Shown here one piece after another: positions 51,174-61,800 of a stretch of 64,000 nucleotides of DNA (position 1 is its first letter; every line of letters begins with the position of its first letter). The DNA is taken from contig CAJFCJ010000046.1 in NCBI GenBank assembly GCA_904063045.1, positions 240,892 to 304,891 of the forward strand, read 5' to 3'. A model generated the notes under the pieces. It was not told the DNA's origin and did not search any database. It worked only from the letters and a program-made list of their open reading frames with translations. The position numbers and the translations under genes are program-made. Source of the stretch: Dimorphilus gyrociliatus (lineage: Eukaryota; Animalia; Annelida).

Positions 51174-51539
51174 TTATATACCATTTGATAGCAAAAATGC
51201 TCCTGGCTTCTCTCCAGGTTCATAAAAATAATCATTTGTATTTTGAATGGCTCTTTTTCGTTTCTTTTCTGGAACATATTGAATTTTCAAAATTTCATTT
51301 GGTTGTAATGTTCCAGACAAATCTTGTGGATATTCTATTTCATTAGTATTGTCAGACTGAACAAATATTTCATATAAGTGTGTAGGGGTTAAATCTACTG
51401 CATACGATCCAACATTCTTAATCTCTATATAATTTTGTCCAAAACTTATTTCATTTATCAAAAGCTTCTGCACGGAATTTTGCAGTAGAATTAAATTTAG
51501 TATAGCTATAAAAGTTTTCTGCATTCTGTTTTGAATCAT
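51174..51539 (-). CDS. Signal peptide plus lamin-tail (LTD)-like domain, probably 3'-truncated or spliced onward
   Basis: LLINEISFGQNYIEIKNVGSYAVDL matches the INEI..IEL.N.G...VDL pattern of extracellular LTD domains. The ORF ends at a possible G|GTATAT donor. Confidence 0.5.
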   Translation of the reverse strand: MIQNRMQKTFIAILNLILLQNSVQKLLINEISFGQNYIEIKNVGSYAVDLTPTHLYEIFVQSDNTNEIEYPQDLSGTLQPNEILKIQYVPEKKRKRAIQNTNDYFYEPGEKPGAFLLSNGI

Positions 51540-53256
51540 TCAACTTTTCTATCTGTTTACTTATATTTTTAAACTACTCTTTTATATATGGCCGCATTTG
51601 AGCTTAGGCTATCAAGAAAAGGCCATTTGTCAAAAATAGACAATAATGCAAGCATTTTGATAGTTTTTGTAAGGAAATGAAGAAGACAATAATTGTACTG
51701 AAAGGAATAAATATAGTTTTTTAATTTTTCAATTGCTAAGCTTTTTCAATACTTCTATTATTTAATTGAATAGAGCAAAAATTATATAAATTCCTTCTTT
51801 TCTCCTACCAATATATGATAACTGATATTGTTAGCTCTATTTTCTACTATAGAAAGTGAACATTTGTTAGCTCTATTCTACAATAGATCCCAAAATTTCA
51901 ATTTGACTATGAAAAGATTTTTTCACTGTCTTTTTTACTATATTGTTTTTATGCATTTTGGTTATGATAGAATCTTACTTGTTTATATAGGCCACTTCCT
52001 TTTACACAAATAAACTGCTTAAAGCATTTATAATTTAGTGCAGAATTCTTAGGCCTTTATAAAAAATGATCAAGGAACTATGTTCTTGTTGTGAATAGCA
52101 ACTATCTCATCTGTTTTATCTCTTTTTACTTATTGTGATCTAGGTAGTTCTACTGTATTATTTGTGTAGGACCAAAACTTTATAGTAATATCAAAAGATT
52201 TATCATATAATCTGAATGCCAACTGTCTAAATGAATCATTCCTTTACATTAAAGGACAAAGAATAAAATTAAAGGTTATTAAAAATAAATACCTGTAAAT
52301 CTCAAATCAATGTTGTCAGCTTACCCAGGTAGATGGATGCTATTATAGATTAACAATAATATGAAACTGATAATATTTCAAAAGTATTAACAGCTATATT
52401 GTATATTGTAGGTGTTTTCTTGTTGTTATTTTTTCCTGTTTGATACATATGTTGCCTTATTAATTTCGGTGCATTAGTGGAAAATGGGGAAAAAAAACAA
52501 GTATTGTCAAGGATATTTAACCCATCAACCCTTTTACTCTTCTAGTTTTATTTCAACAATGCTACGTTAGGAATATATTTCCATTTTTTTTCTAGATTTT
52601 CATCACACAGACATCTGTATTTTTTGCTTGAAGCTTGTGCCTTAGCCTAATTTTTTGGTTTGACATGTCCCAATTGAAATTGCTTAGCAATTGAAAACAT
52701 AAAACTACAGTATAGGCAAAAAGGTTCATGTTTTGGCAAGGTGCCAAACTTGAAATTGAACAAACATACTTTACATTATCATCATTAAACACCACATTAT
52801 TATTTTAACTCTTTGTTAAGACCATATTATATGAACAGAATGTTGTTCATTATGTGTCAGCAGATGTAACATCATCGACTCCTTCTGACCATGCTTCAAT
52901 CACGTTGCCTTCAAAACTGGAAAAAAATCAAAAAATCTGGCATATCATCCAAAATATCTTCTATGATATCTCTTATAATCTGTCTACTCTTTAAACATTG
53001 ATCGTTCTGTATTGGTAGGTTTTTATATTATTGATATTGCACAAAAAGGATCCAATTATTCCTAAATCAACTTTCCACTGTGCAAAATTCTCATTTAGAA
53101 AAGGTCATCAAAGTTGTCTATTCTGATGAAATATGTTTACTATTTGAAAATGGAATATGGTTTGAAGCAACCAAAGAATAAGTTTGTCCATGAGTAATAA
53201 CAAATAAATAATTAACAAAAAGCCTGTATTTCACCAAGTAATACATGTGTTGAGCT

Positions 53257-53463
53257 GGGATGTGGTAGAAAACGGCCATAAATCTCTGGTTTTACCCTAA
53301 CCCTAACCTAGCACTTGCTTTTGCCTAACCTTTTCCAATGCCGCTAACCCTTAGACGGGACCCAAATAGTACATATCAATACTTATCTTATTCTTCCTAA
53401 CCATTTCCCAGCTTGAAATCTAAACTTTAAATATCTCATTTATGGCCGTTTTCGACCTGTCCC
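53257..53463 (-). mobile_element. MITE family A, complete 207-bp copy with 8-bp TSD
   Basis: TIRs GGGATGTGGTAGAAAACGGCCATAAAT and ATTTATGGCCGTTTTCGACCTGTCCC; direct repeat GTTGAGCT at 53249-53256 and 53464-53471. Confidence 0.9.
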
Positions 53464-54779
53464 GTTGAGCTGCTACATGTATATTTTTAAAGTTCTTTGT
53501 TCCACAGCCAATTTCATTGTGGTTCCATCTATTATTTTCCAATATTGTATTTCCCACAAAATAAAAGTTTTTCTAGAGTTCTTTCATTACAATTATTATA
53601 AATTAGAAGTCTTACTGATTACTATAAATGCTGCTATTTGTACAGATTACCCTCTAATTGGTGTAGAATGTAGTGTGGGATACTGGTAAGAGAGACTAAG
53701 GCAATTAAATGTTGACAAGGTATTATGATTAATTAGTATTATTTCTTGGTAAAATAATATATCATTGATTGTAGTTCAATACTAAATGTTTGACTTTATA
53801 ACATCTATTTGCTAAAAATATAAAATGAGCAGTTTCCCAACTGCAAAGCAACTAATTATAATCTTCTAGATTTTTGTCATTTCTGGGAAAGTTCCCTGTA
53901 GAAATCCAATAGAATAGATTGACCTAAAAGATTAAAGATTAAGTAATCCAGAATATGTGAACTACTTCAAATTGCTTAATTTAAAAAACTAATTGACAAT
54001 TGTAGTTTTTTTTTCCAATACTTCAGCTAATAAATGCTAGCAAATGAAACACTTTAGGAATATGTACATCTTGGTGTACTCAGCTAAAAACGAATATCGT
54101 TTTAACAGTAAGATCTAATCCTTTGACTTTGCTAATAAAAACCAAAGGTTATATACAAGACAACAAAGCTTTAACTTGGAATTCCTGGAGGATAAAATAA
54201 GATTTCTGAGAAAAAGGCTGTAAAGCTTTAAACGGGTTAGGATTATCTTGCTGATTAAATTCAATTAGATTATAATCCTTTGCGGTTTTCAGGCACGTTG
54301 TCTTTTTTGCTAAGGTCATGATTAGGTTGTCATATGTCATTCAAGTAGTATGAACTCGGGAAATTATTTTAAGAATCTAGATTATTAATTAATGAAGTAG
54401 TTAATATTTCAAGATATTACAATTATGACAGGATCAAATCAATCCTATTATTATTATTTATAAATGTTAGGGTTTAATTGCAAATTACACGATGAACAAA
54501 GTTCAAAATACATGGAATGAATTTAAAGGAACGGGTAAAAAAAAATATCAAACAATTCCGTAATTTCAGTTTTTGAACAATAAAGATCATATCAAACAAA
54601 GGTTATACAAATTTCCCAGCTATGGTTTGGTCAAGAAAATCAAAGTTGTTTGAAATTGAAGAAACTTATGACTTTGTTTTTGAAATATATCAATTTGATG
54701 AAAACAGTCTCAGAAACTTCTTTCCACACTTTTTTGGGGAAAGAATTAAGATTCAAAAGAAACTAAAAGAAGAAAGTAT

Positions 54780-55035
54780 GAGGTCTTTTAAAGGATGAAA
54801 AAGAATACCTTCTTGAAGCTTTCAACATTCCTCTCATTGTTTTGCTAATATCTACTTTTGATATAAAGAATATCCAATTTACCATCAAAACCTCACGTCA
54901 AACTTCTGCAGGCTATAATAACTCTTGCTCCCCTTTTGATGAAATCCGGTTCATTCTTTACCAATACCTGAATTATCTCCAGTAACTATAATGGTTTTCC
55001 TTCAAGTGAATGAGTTGACTGGCACATTTCATGTT
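54780..55035 (-). pseudogene. RDH11/12/13-like short-chain dehydrogenase remnant; mirror at ~62515-62770
   Basis: Frameshifted LEGK-TIIVTGDNSGIGKE* followed by GARVIIACRS, the N-terminal Rossmann motif of retinol-dehydrogenase-like SDRs. Confidence 0.65.
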
Positions 55036-55194
55036 GAGTTAGTCTGGAATGTTTGAATATTGAGTAGTATATAGACAATTAAAAGAAAAATTACTAATAA
55101 TTAATATATTCTTACGAAATTTCATCATTGGTTGCAGTTGCATCTTGTTTGTTTGTCACGTGGAACCAAGCTCCACCAATCGTTGTTGTTTGTA

Positions 55195-56730
55195 GTTTAT
55201 CTACCTAAATGTCATACTTTCAGCTATTATAGAAAACCTCTGTGTCAGCAATTATTTTACTACTATTACTCTGCTGCATATAGAACAGAACAAAGTTGGA
55301 AAAGTAGGACAATTGTGTTAATTGGCCTACAACATCTACTTTGGAGTAAACAGGTCTATGTGGCGATTACAAAGACCTATAGCTAATAATTGCTTGTGTT
55401 TGTTTTTTTGTTTGGTCCTATACACGTAAGAGAGGAAAACACAAATGGAATCTGTAGTATGATACGCAGCGACCTCTGTGTCCTAGTTTCGTATGTTGTG
55501 AAAGAGAAATGTGAAAGAATGATTGGTGTGTTGGAATTTAGTTTATTGTTGATTGGTATTGTTTGTTTTGAAGTGTTTATTATCAGTGAGGTGAGAACAG
55601 CAATGACTGCATTGAAATAAATCATTAAAAGTTGTAATTTATTTGTAATAATTGGTTAGGAAACTTTCATCAAAATCTAGCCATTAAAAACCATTCAAGA
55701 GAAATGCCACTTATCCGTAATTCTAGGCCTTATTGAGCTGCCAGCGCATTTATTGCTCTTGATTGAAGCAACTTTATATCATTTCCCTTTTCGACAATGT
55801 TTAAGAAGGATTTTCCTATATTTTCGGTGGTGGTTACCTTATTTGGAGCAAGGCATCTTAAGACTGGGTAGAGTACTTTTACAACGGGTTCTGCAGCTCC
55901 GTATGTTCTGGAACTAACCTCTCCTATCGGTTTTATAACTGCTAAACGAAAAACATATCCTTTTTTCCCAGAATGAATGATATAATTTTCAGTTTTCCCC
56001 CTAGCATCTTTCCAAAAAGACCCACTACTTTCTGTAGGATCACTGCCCTCTGCTGATATATATAAAAACGTCAGATCCGGATTTTGCTGCCAGAGAACGT
56101 CGGCAAACAATTTTGTAAGACCAAACGTCATTTTGTGATAATATTCTTCCTTTGCCCGAAAAGCAGTAATACCAATTGAAAAGAAGCAAGCATCGTAGCC
56201 CTTCAACTCCTCCTTAATGGAATCCAATTCGAACATATCCGTCAATAAAATTTCCTTCACCTTCGGATGGTTAAAACCAATGCTCTTTCGGTTGATTATT
56301 AACACTTCTTCCACTCTACTGTCTTTGACGCATTGCAGCAATGCTCCTTTTCCCATTAAGCCAGATGATCCTGTAATCACTACTTTCATACCTTTCTGTT
56401 TGAACACCATCAATCTAAGTAATGATAGATATAACATTGTACTAAAATCATGTAATTTTGATAAAAATTAAAATTACAAAGACACAAGTTCAATATTTAC
56501 CGGCTTTGTAAATCAAAATGAAGGTAATCTTAACGAAATATGGCAGGGAGGAAGCACCATCTCATGTTAAAGCGCCATCTGTAGTTTGTTAAATATTAAT
56601 AAACAAGCATAATTGTCCTACTTTTGCAACTTTGTTCTGCTCTATATGCAACAGAGTAATAGTAGTAGTATAGCAGCTGACACAGAGGTTTTCTATAATA
56701 GCTGAAAGCATGACATTCAGGTTGATAAAC
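55195..56730. repeat. ~123-bp inverted repeat pair (55195-55317 and 56608-56730) flanking the SDR gene
   Basis: GTTTATC(T/A)ACCT(A/G)AATGTCAT(A/G)CTTTCAGCTATTATAGAAAACCTCTGTGTCAGC...AAAAGTAGGACAATT, about 90% identical by eye, in opposite orientation. Confidence 0.85.
55730..56389 (-). CDS. Intronless atypical SDR / NAD(P)-binding epimerase-family protein (219 aa), bacterial-like; frameshifted mirror at ~61180-61832
   Basis: MKVVITGSSGLMG (Rossmann fold), LKGYDACFFSIG, NPDLTFLYISAEGSD, GKTEN and LYPVLRCLAPNKVTTTENIG follow the pattern I recall for Bacteroidetes epimerase-family proteins (no database search run). Confidence 0.85.
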   Translation of the reverse strand: MKVVITGSSGLMGKGALLQCVKDSRVEEVLIINRKSIGFNHPKVKEILLTDMFELDSIKEELKGYDACFFSIGITAFRAKEEYYHKMTFGLTKLFADVLWQQNPDLTFLYISAEGSDPTESSGSFWKDARGKTENYIIHSGKKGYVFRLAVIKPIGEVSSRTYGAAEPVVKVLYPVLRCLAPNKVTTTENIGKSFLNIVEKGNDIKLLQSRAINALAAQ

Positions 56731-57439
56731 AACATTATTTGCTGCCACAAAACTTTTTTCTAGCAGCTGATTTGAATTCTTTGCGTTCTATTTTTATAAA
56801 TTAATTATATTTTAATAATATTTGTTCATATTTATTGTATTTATTCAACAAAGATATGAGAGATCTTGTGACCAAGAAATATAAAAAAGTAAGAAAGTTA
56901 TAAGCAATAGGCAGAATCTAGACTAGCATAAAGCATCTTTAGCTGATGAGGCTAGATTCTCACTAAGATGACTTCAGGATGTGGACAAATGATGGTGAAA
57001 AAGACTTTAGGGCGACGAAAAATATGGGCAGGGATGGAGTAATGGTTCGGAGACTAATAACCTCTGATGGGTTATTCAAAGTAGGGAGGATAAGGAAACA
57101 GCTTGTGCTGACAAACATAGCTGCTGATATTATGTTCATTTGGTTATGAAATTAATTAATTATTTATTAATTAAATATATCAGTCATTTTCTTCGATATT
57201 GTCTATAATTTCGGAAGGGGAGGGGTTTTCTATAATTTTGAGGACGTTTTCTGTCCTTTTGGAACCATTTTCTGTCATCTTCAAACTTCTTGCGATAACT
57301 AGTGAAGGTTCTTAGAGTTGTTCTTGTCCCATTCTGAAGGTTGAGGTTTGATCCAGAAAGACTAAACCTTGGAAAGTCTAGATGGACTGGAAAATTAATA
57401 AATTTAAGGTTACAGAGCTTTAAACCAAGAGAATTTAGG

Positions 57440-57780
57440 GGACATTCCCAAATTTTGAATATTCCTCCATCCAGCTTTATATCTTTAAATAGAATAAATC
57501 TTTCATTTTGGCAGCCATGTTTTAAAATATATTCAATCTCAGTAGTAAGTTTCTCATTGAAATCACAAAAACGTAAATCTAGTTTCTTCAAAGTGTCCAA
57601 TGACATTTGAAGTCCTTCACAAATATTCTTCACTCCACCACCCAATTCTTTATTCTCGCATAGAATAATGGATTCAATATGGGAGCAATGCTGTAGCAAA
57701 TTTCCAAAATCTGTCTACTTTGTTTTTCATTTAAATTACAAGAATGAAAAGTTAAATTTTCAAAGTGCTTGATGACATTC
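57440..57780 (-). pseudogene. NLR-type LRR fragment; mirror at ~59800-60143
   Basis: LQHCSHIESIILCENKELGGGVKNICEGLQMSLDTLKKLDLRFCDFNE matches the LRR unit. It joins unrelated sequence at both ends. Confidence 0.7.
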
Positions 57781-57849
57781 GAAGTCCTCGACAAATATCC
57801 GCTTTTCCTTTACCTATTTTTCTATTGCCAGTTAGATTTGTTTTTTCAA

Positions 57850-58845
57850 CCATTTTATAATTGCTCATCAAATCTAGGAGTTGAAATAGGTCTCTATCAA
57901 TCAAAGGGCAAGTTTTCAAAAAGATACATTCACGAGATCAGGAATCTATTCCCTAACATCTCTTTCTGCTCAACCTTTCGTTGAGTTCAATTTTCAAACT
58001 GTAGCCGTAAGTAGTGAATATGGGTTGGAAACATCCTGGTCAGGCTTTATGTATGAAGGAAACAATGTATTCTTTGTTGGTAGAAACTCTCCTTTTTTAG
58101 AAACAGGATACCAAATACCATTTACTCAAATTGTTGCACTGAGGGGTGCTGCTCTAATCATGCAGAATAGAGAGATTCAAGTCTTTTCAACTGGATGGTA
58201 TTATGTTAATTTTGGCATTGGATTTTTAGGTAGATTATCTTGTTTGGTAAGCCTCGTGAAAAATGTAGAATCTAGATCTTTTGAAAGATCTATAGCAAAA
58301 AACCACATAGATTCAATAGCCACTCAAGCATCTAGAGGAATTATTGTTAAATTGAATGAAAATGACAGGATATCATTAAAATTGCATGCTGGTGCATCAA
58401 CATCAAGTAAAATGTCTACTTACATATCTGGATTTAAATTAAATTTAACTGTGGAAAGGCCAGCATTCTATGCCTATAGAACTGACAATGTGCTAGGATC
58501 ATCAAGGGTAAAGATAGCCTATGATGCATGTGTCATTGACACTAATTCTGGTTGGAATTCCTCAGAAAATGTTTTAACGTTGCAATTTCCGGTTTATATT
58601 ATATTGATGTGTCTGTTGGCACATGGCCAAATTCACAATCAATAATATATATTATGGTGAACAATGAACAAAGATTGGGTATGAGAAGAGCAAGACCAAG
58701 ACCAGGCTATGAAACAATGAGCAGGGCAGGTTTATTAAAATTGCAAGTTAATGATAGAGTATCGGTAGAGACAAGTACTAATTTACATCATTGGCTTTGT
58801 TTTACATTTCTCCTTTATAATTTGGCATTATGTACTGTTGCATGA
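57850..58845 (+). pseudogene. Third, 5'-truncated copy of the C1q-domain gene; partial mirror at 59001-59730
   Basis: ETSWSGF...GWYYVNFG...QASRGIIVKLNENDRISLKL...PAFYAYRTD...IMVNNEQRLGMRR is homologous to 38020-38780; frameshift near 58575. Confidence 0.85.
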
Positions 58846-61800
58846 TTAAATTGTATTTTAAATACCAGTGGAGTTGATTATTTATTCTGTCTTTTACCAA
58901 AGCTTAAGTGGATAATACATCAAAATAAAAGTTTTTAGAGAACTTTTGATGGTGCTTTTCAAATATCAATTTCTTTTCAAGCATTGAATTAAATCCACTA
59001 GTTAAAACATTTTCTGAGGAATTCCAACCAGAATTAGTGTCAATGACACATGCATCATAGGCTATCTTTACCCTTGATGATCCTAGCACATTGTCAGTTC
59101 TATAGGCATAGAATGCTGGCCTTTCCACAGTTAAATTTAATTTAAATCCAGATATGTAAGTAGACATTTTACTTGATGTTGATGCACCAGCATGCAATTT
59201 TAATGATATCCTGTCATTTTCATTCAATTTAACAATAATTCTCTAGATGCTTGAGTGGCTATTGAATCTATGTGGTTTTTTGCTATAGATCTTTCAAAAG
59301 ATCTAGATTCTACATTTTTCACGAGGCTTACCAAACAAGATAAATCTACCTAAAAATCCAATGCCAAAATTAACATAATACCATCCAGTTGAAAAGACTT
59401 GAATCTCTCTATTCTGCATGATTAGAGCAGCACCCCTCAGTGCAACAATTTGAGTAAATGGTATTTGGTATCCTGTTTCTAAAAAAGGAGAGTTTCTACC
59501 AACAAAGAATACATTGTTTCCTTCATACATAAAGCCTGACCAGGATGTTTCCAACCCATATTCACTACTTACGGCTACAGTTTGAAAATTGAACTCAACG
59601 AAAGGTTGAGCAGAAAGAGATGTTAGGGAATAGATTCCTGATCTCGTGAATGTATCTTTTTGAAAACTTGCCCTTTGATTGATAGAGACCTATTTCAACT
59701 CCTAGATTTGATGAGCAATTATAAAATGGTTGAAAAAACAAATCTAACTGGCAATAGAAAAATAGGTAAAGGAAAAGCGGATATTTGTCGAGGACTTCGA
59801 ATGTCATCAAGCACTTTGAAAATTTAACTTTTCATTCTTGTAATTTAAATGAAAAACAAAGTAGACAGATTTTGGAAATTTGCTACAGCATTGCTCCCAT
59901 ATTGAATCCATTATTCTATGCGAGAATAAAGAATTGGGTGGTGGAGTGAAGAATATTTGTGAAGGACTTCAAATGTCATTGGACACTTTGAAGAAACTAG
60001 ATTTACGTTTTTGTGATTTCAATGAGAAACTTACTACTGAGATTGAATATATTTTAAAACATGGCTGCCAAAATGAAAGATTTATTCTATTTAAAGATAT
60101 AAAGCTGGATGGAGGAATATTCAAAATTTGGGAATGTCCCTAAATTCTCTTGGTTTAAAGCTCTGTAACCTTAAATTTATTAATTTTCCAGTCCATCTAG
60201 ACTTTCCAAGGTTTGTCTTTCTGGATCAAACCTCAACCTTCAGAATGGGACAAGAACAACTCTAAGAACCTTCACTAGTTATCGCAAGAAGTTTGAAGAT
60301 GACAGAAAATGGTTCCAAAAGGACAGAAAACGTCCTCAAAATTATAGAAAACCCTCCCTTCCGAAATTATAGACAATATCGAAGAAAATGACTGATATAT
60401 TTAATTAATAAATAATTAATTAATTTCATAACCAAATGAACATAATATCAGCAGCTATGTTTGTCAGCACAAGCTGTTTCCTTATCCTCCCTACTTTGAA
60501 TAACCCATCAGAGGTTATTAGTCTCCGAACCATTACTCCATCCCTGCCTATTTTTCGTCGCCCTAAAGTCTTTTTCACCATCATTTGTCCACATCTGAAG
60601 TCATCTTAGTGAGAATCTAGCCTCATCAGCTAAAGATGCTTTATGCTAGTCTAGATTCTGCTATTGCTTATAACTTTCTTACTTTTTTATATTTCTTGGT
60701 CACAAGATCTCTCATATCTTTGTTGAATAAATACAATAAATATGAACAAATATTATTAAAATATAATTAATTTATAAAAATAGAACGCAAAGAATTCAAA
60801 TCAGCTGCTAGAAAAAAGTTTTGTGGCAGCAAATAATGTTGTTTATCAACCTGAATGTCATGCTTTCAGCTATTATAGAAAACCTTTGTCAGCTGCTATA
60901 CTACTACTATTACTCTGTTGCATATAGAGCAGAACAAAGTTGCAAAAGTAGGACAATTATGCTTGTTTATTAATATTTAACAAACTACAGATGGCGCTTT
61001 AACATGAGATGGTGCTTCCTCCCTGCCATATTTCGTTAAGATTACCTTCATTTTGATTTACAAAGCCGGTAAATATTGAACTTGTGTCTTTGTAATTTTA
61101 ATTTTTATCAAAATTACATGATTTTAGTACAATGTTATATCTATCATTACTTAGATTGTGGTGTTCAAACAGAAAGGTATGAAAGTAGTGATTCAGGATC
61201 ATCTGGCTTAATGGGAAAAGGAGCATTGCTGCAATGCGTCAAAGACAGTAGAGTGGAAGAAGTGTTAATAATCAACCGAAAGAGCATTGGTTTTAACCAT
61301 CCGAAGGTGAAGGAAATTTTATTGACGGATATGTTCGAATTGGATTCCATTAAGGAGGAGTTGAAGGGCTACGATGCTTGCTTCTTTTCATTGGTATTAC
61401 TGCTTTTCGGGCAAAGGAAGAATATTATCAAAAATGACGTTTGGTCTTACAAAATTGTTTGCCGACGTTCTCTGGCAGCAAAATCCGGATCTGACGTTTT
61501 TATATATATCAGCAGAGGGCAGTGATCCTACAGAAAGTAGTGGGTCTTTTTGGAAAGATGCTAGGGGGAAAACTGAAAATTATATCATTCATTCTGGGAA
61601 AAAAGGATATGTTTTTCGTTTAGCAGTTATAAAACGATAGGAGAGGTTAGTTCCAGAACATACGGAGCTGCAGAACCCGTTGTAAAAGTACTCTACCCAG
61701 TCTTAAGATGCCTTGCTCCAAATAAGGTAACACCACCGAAAATATAGGAAAATCCTTCTTAAACATTGTCGAAAAGGGAAATGATATAAAGTTGCTTCAA

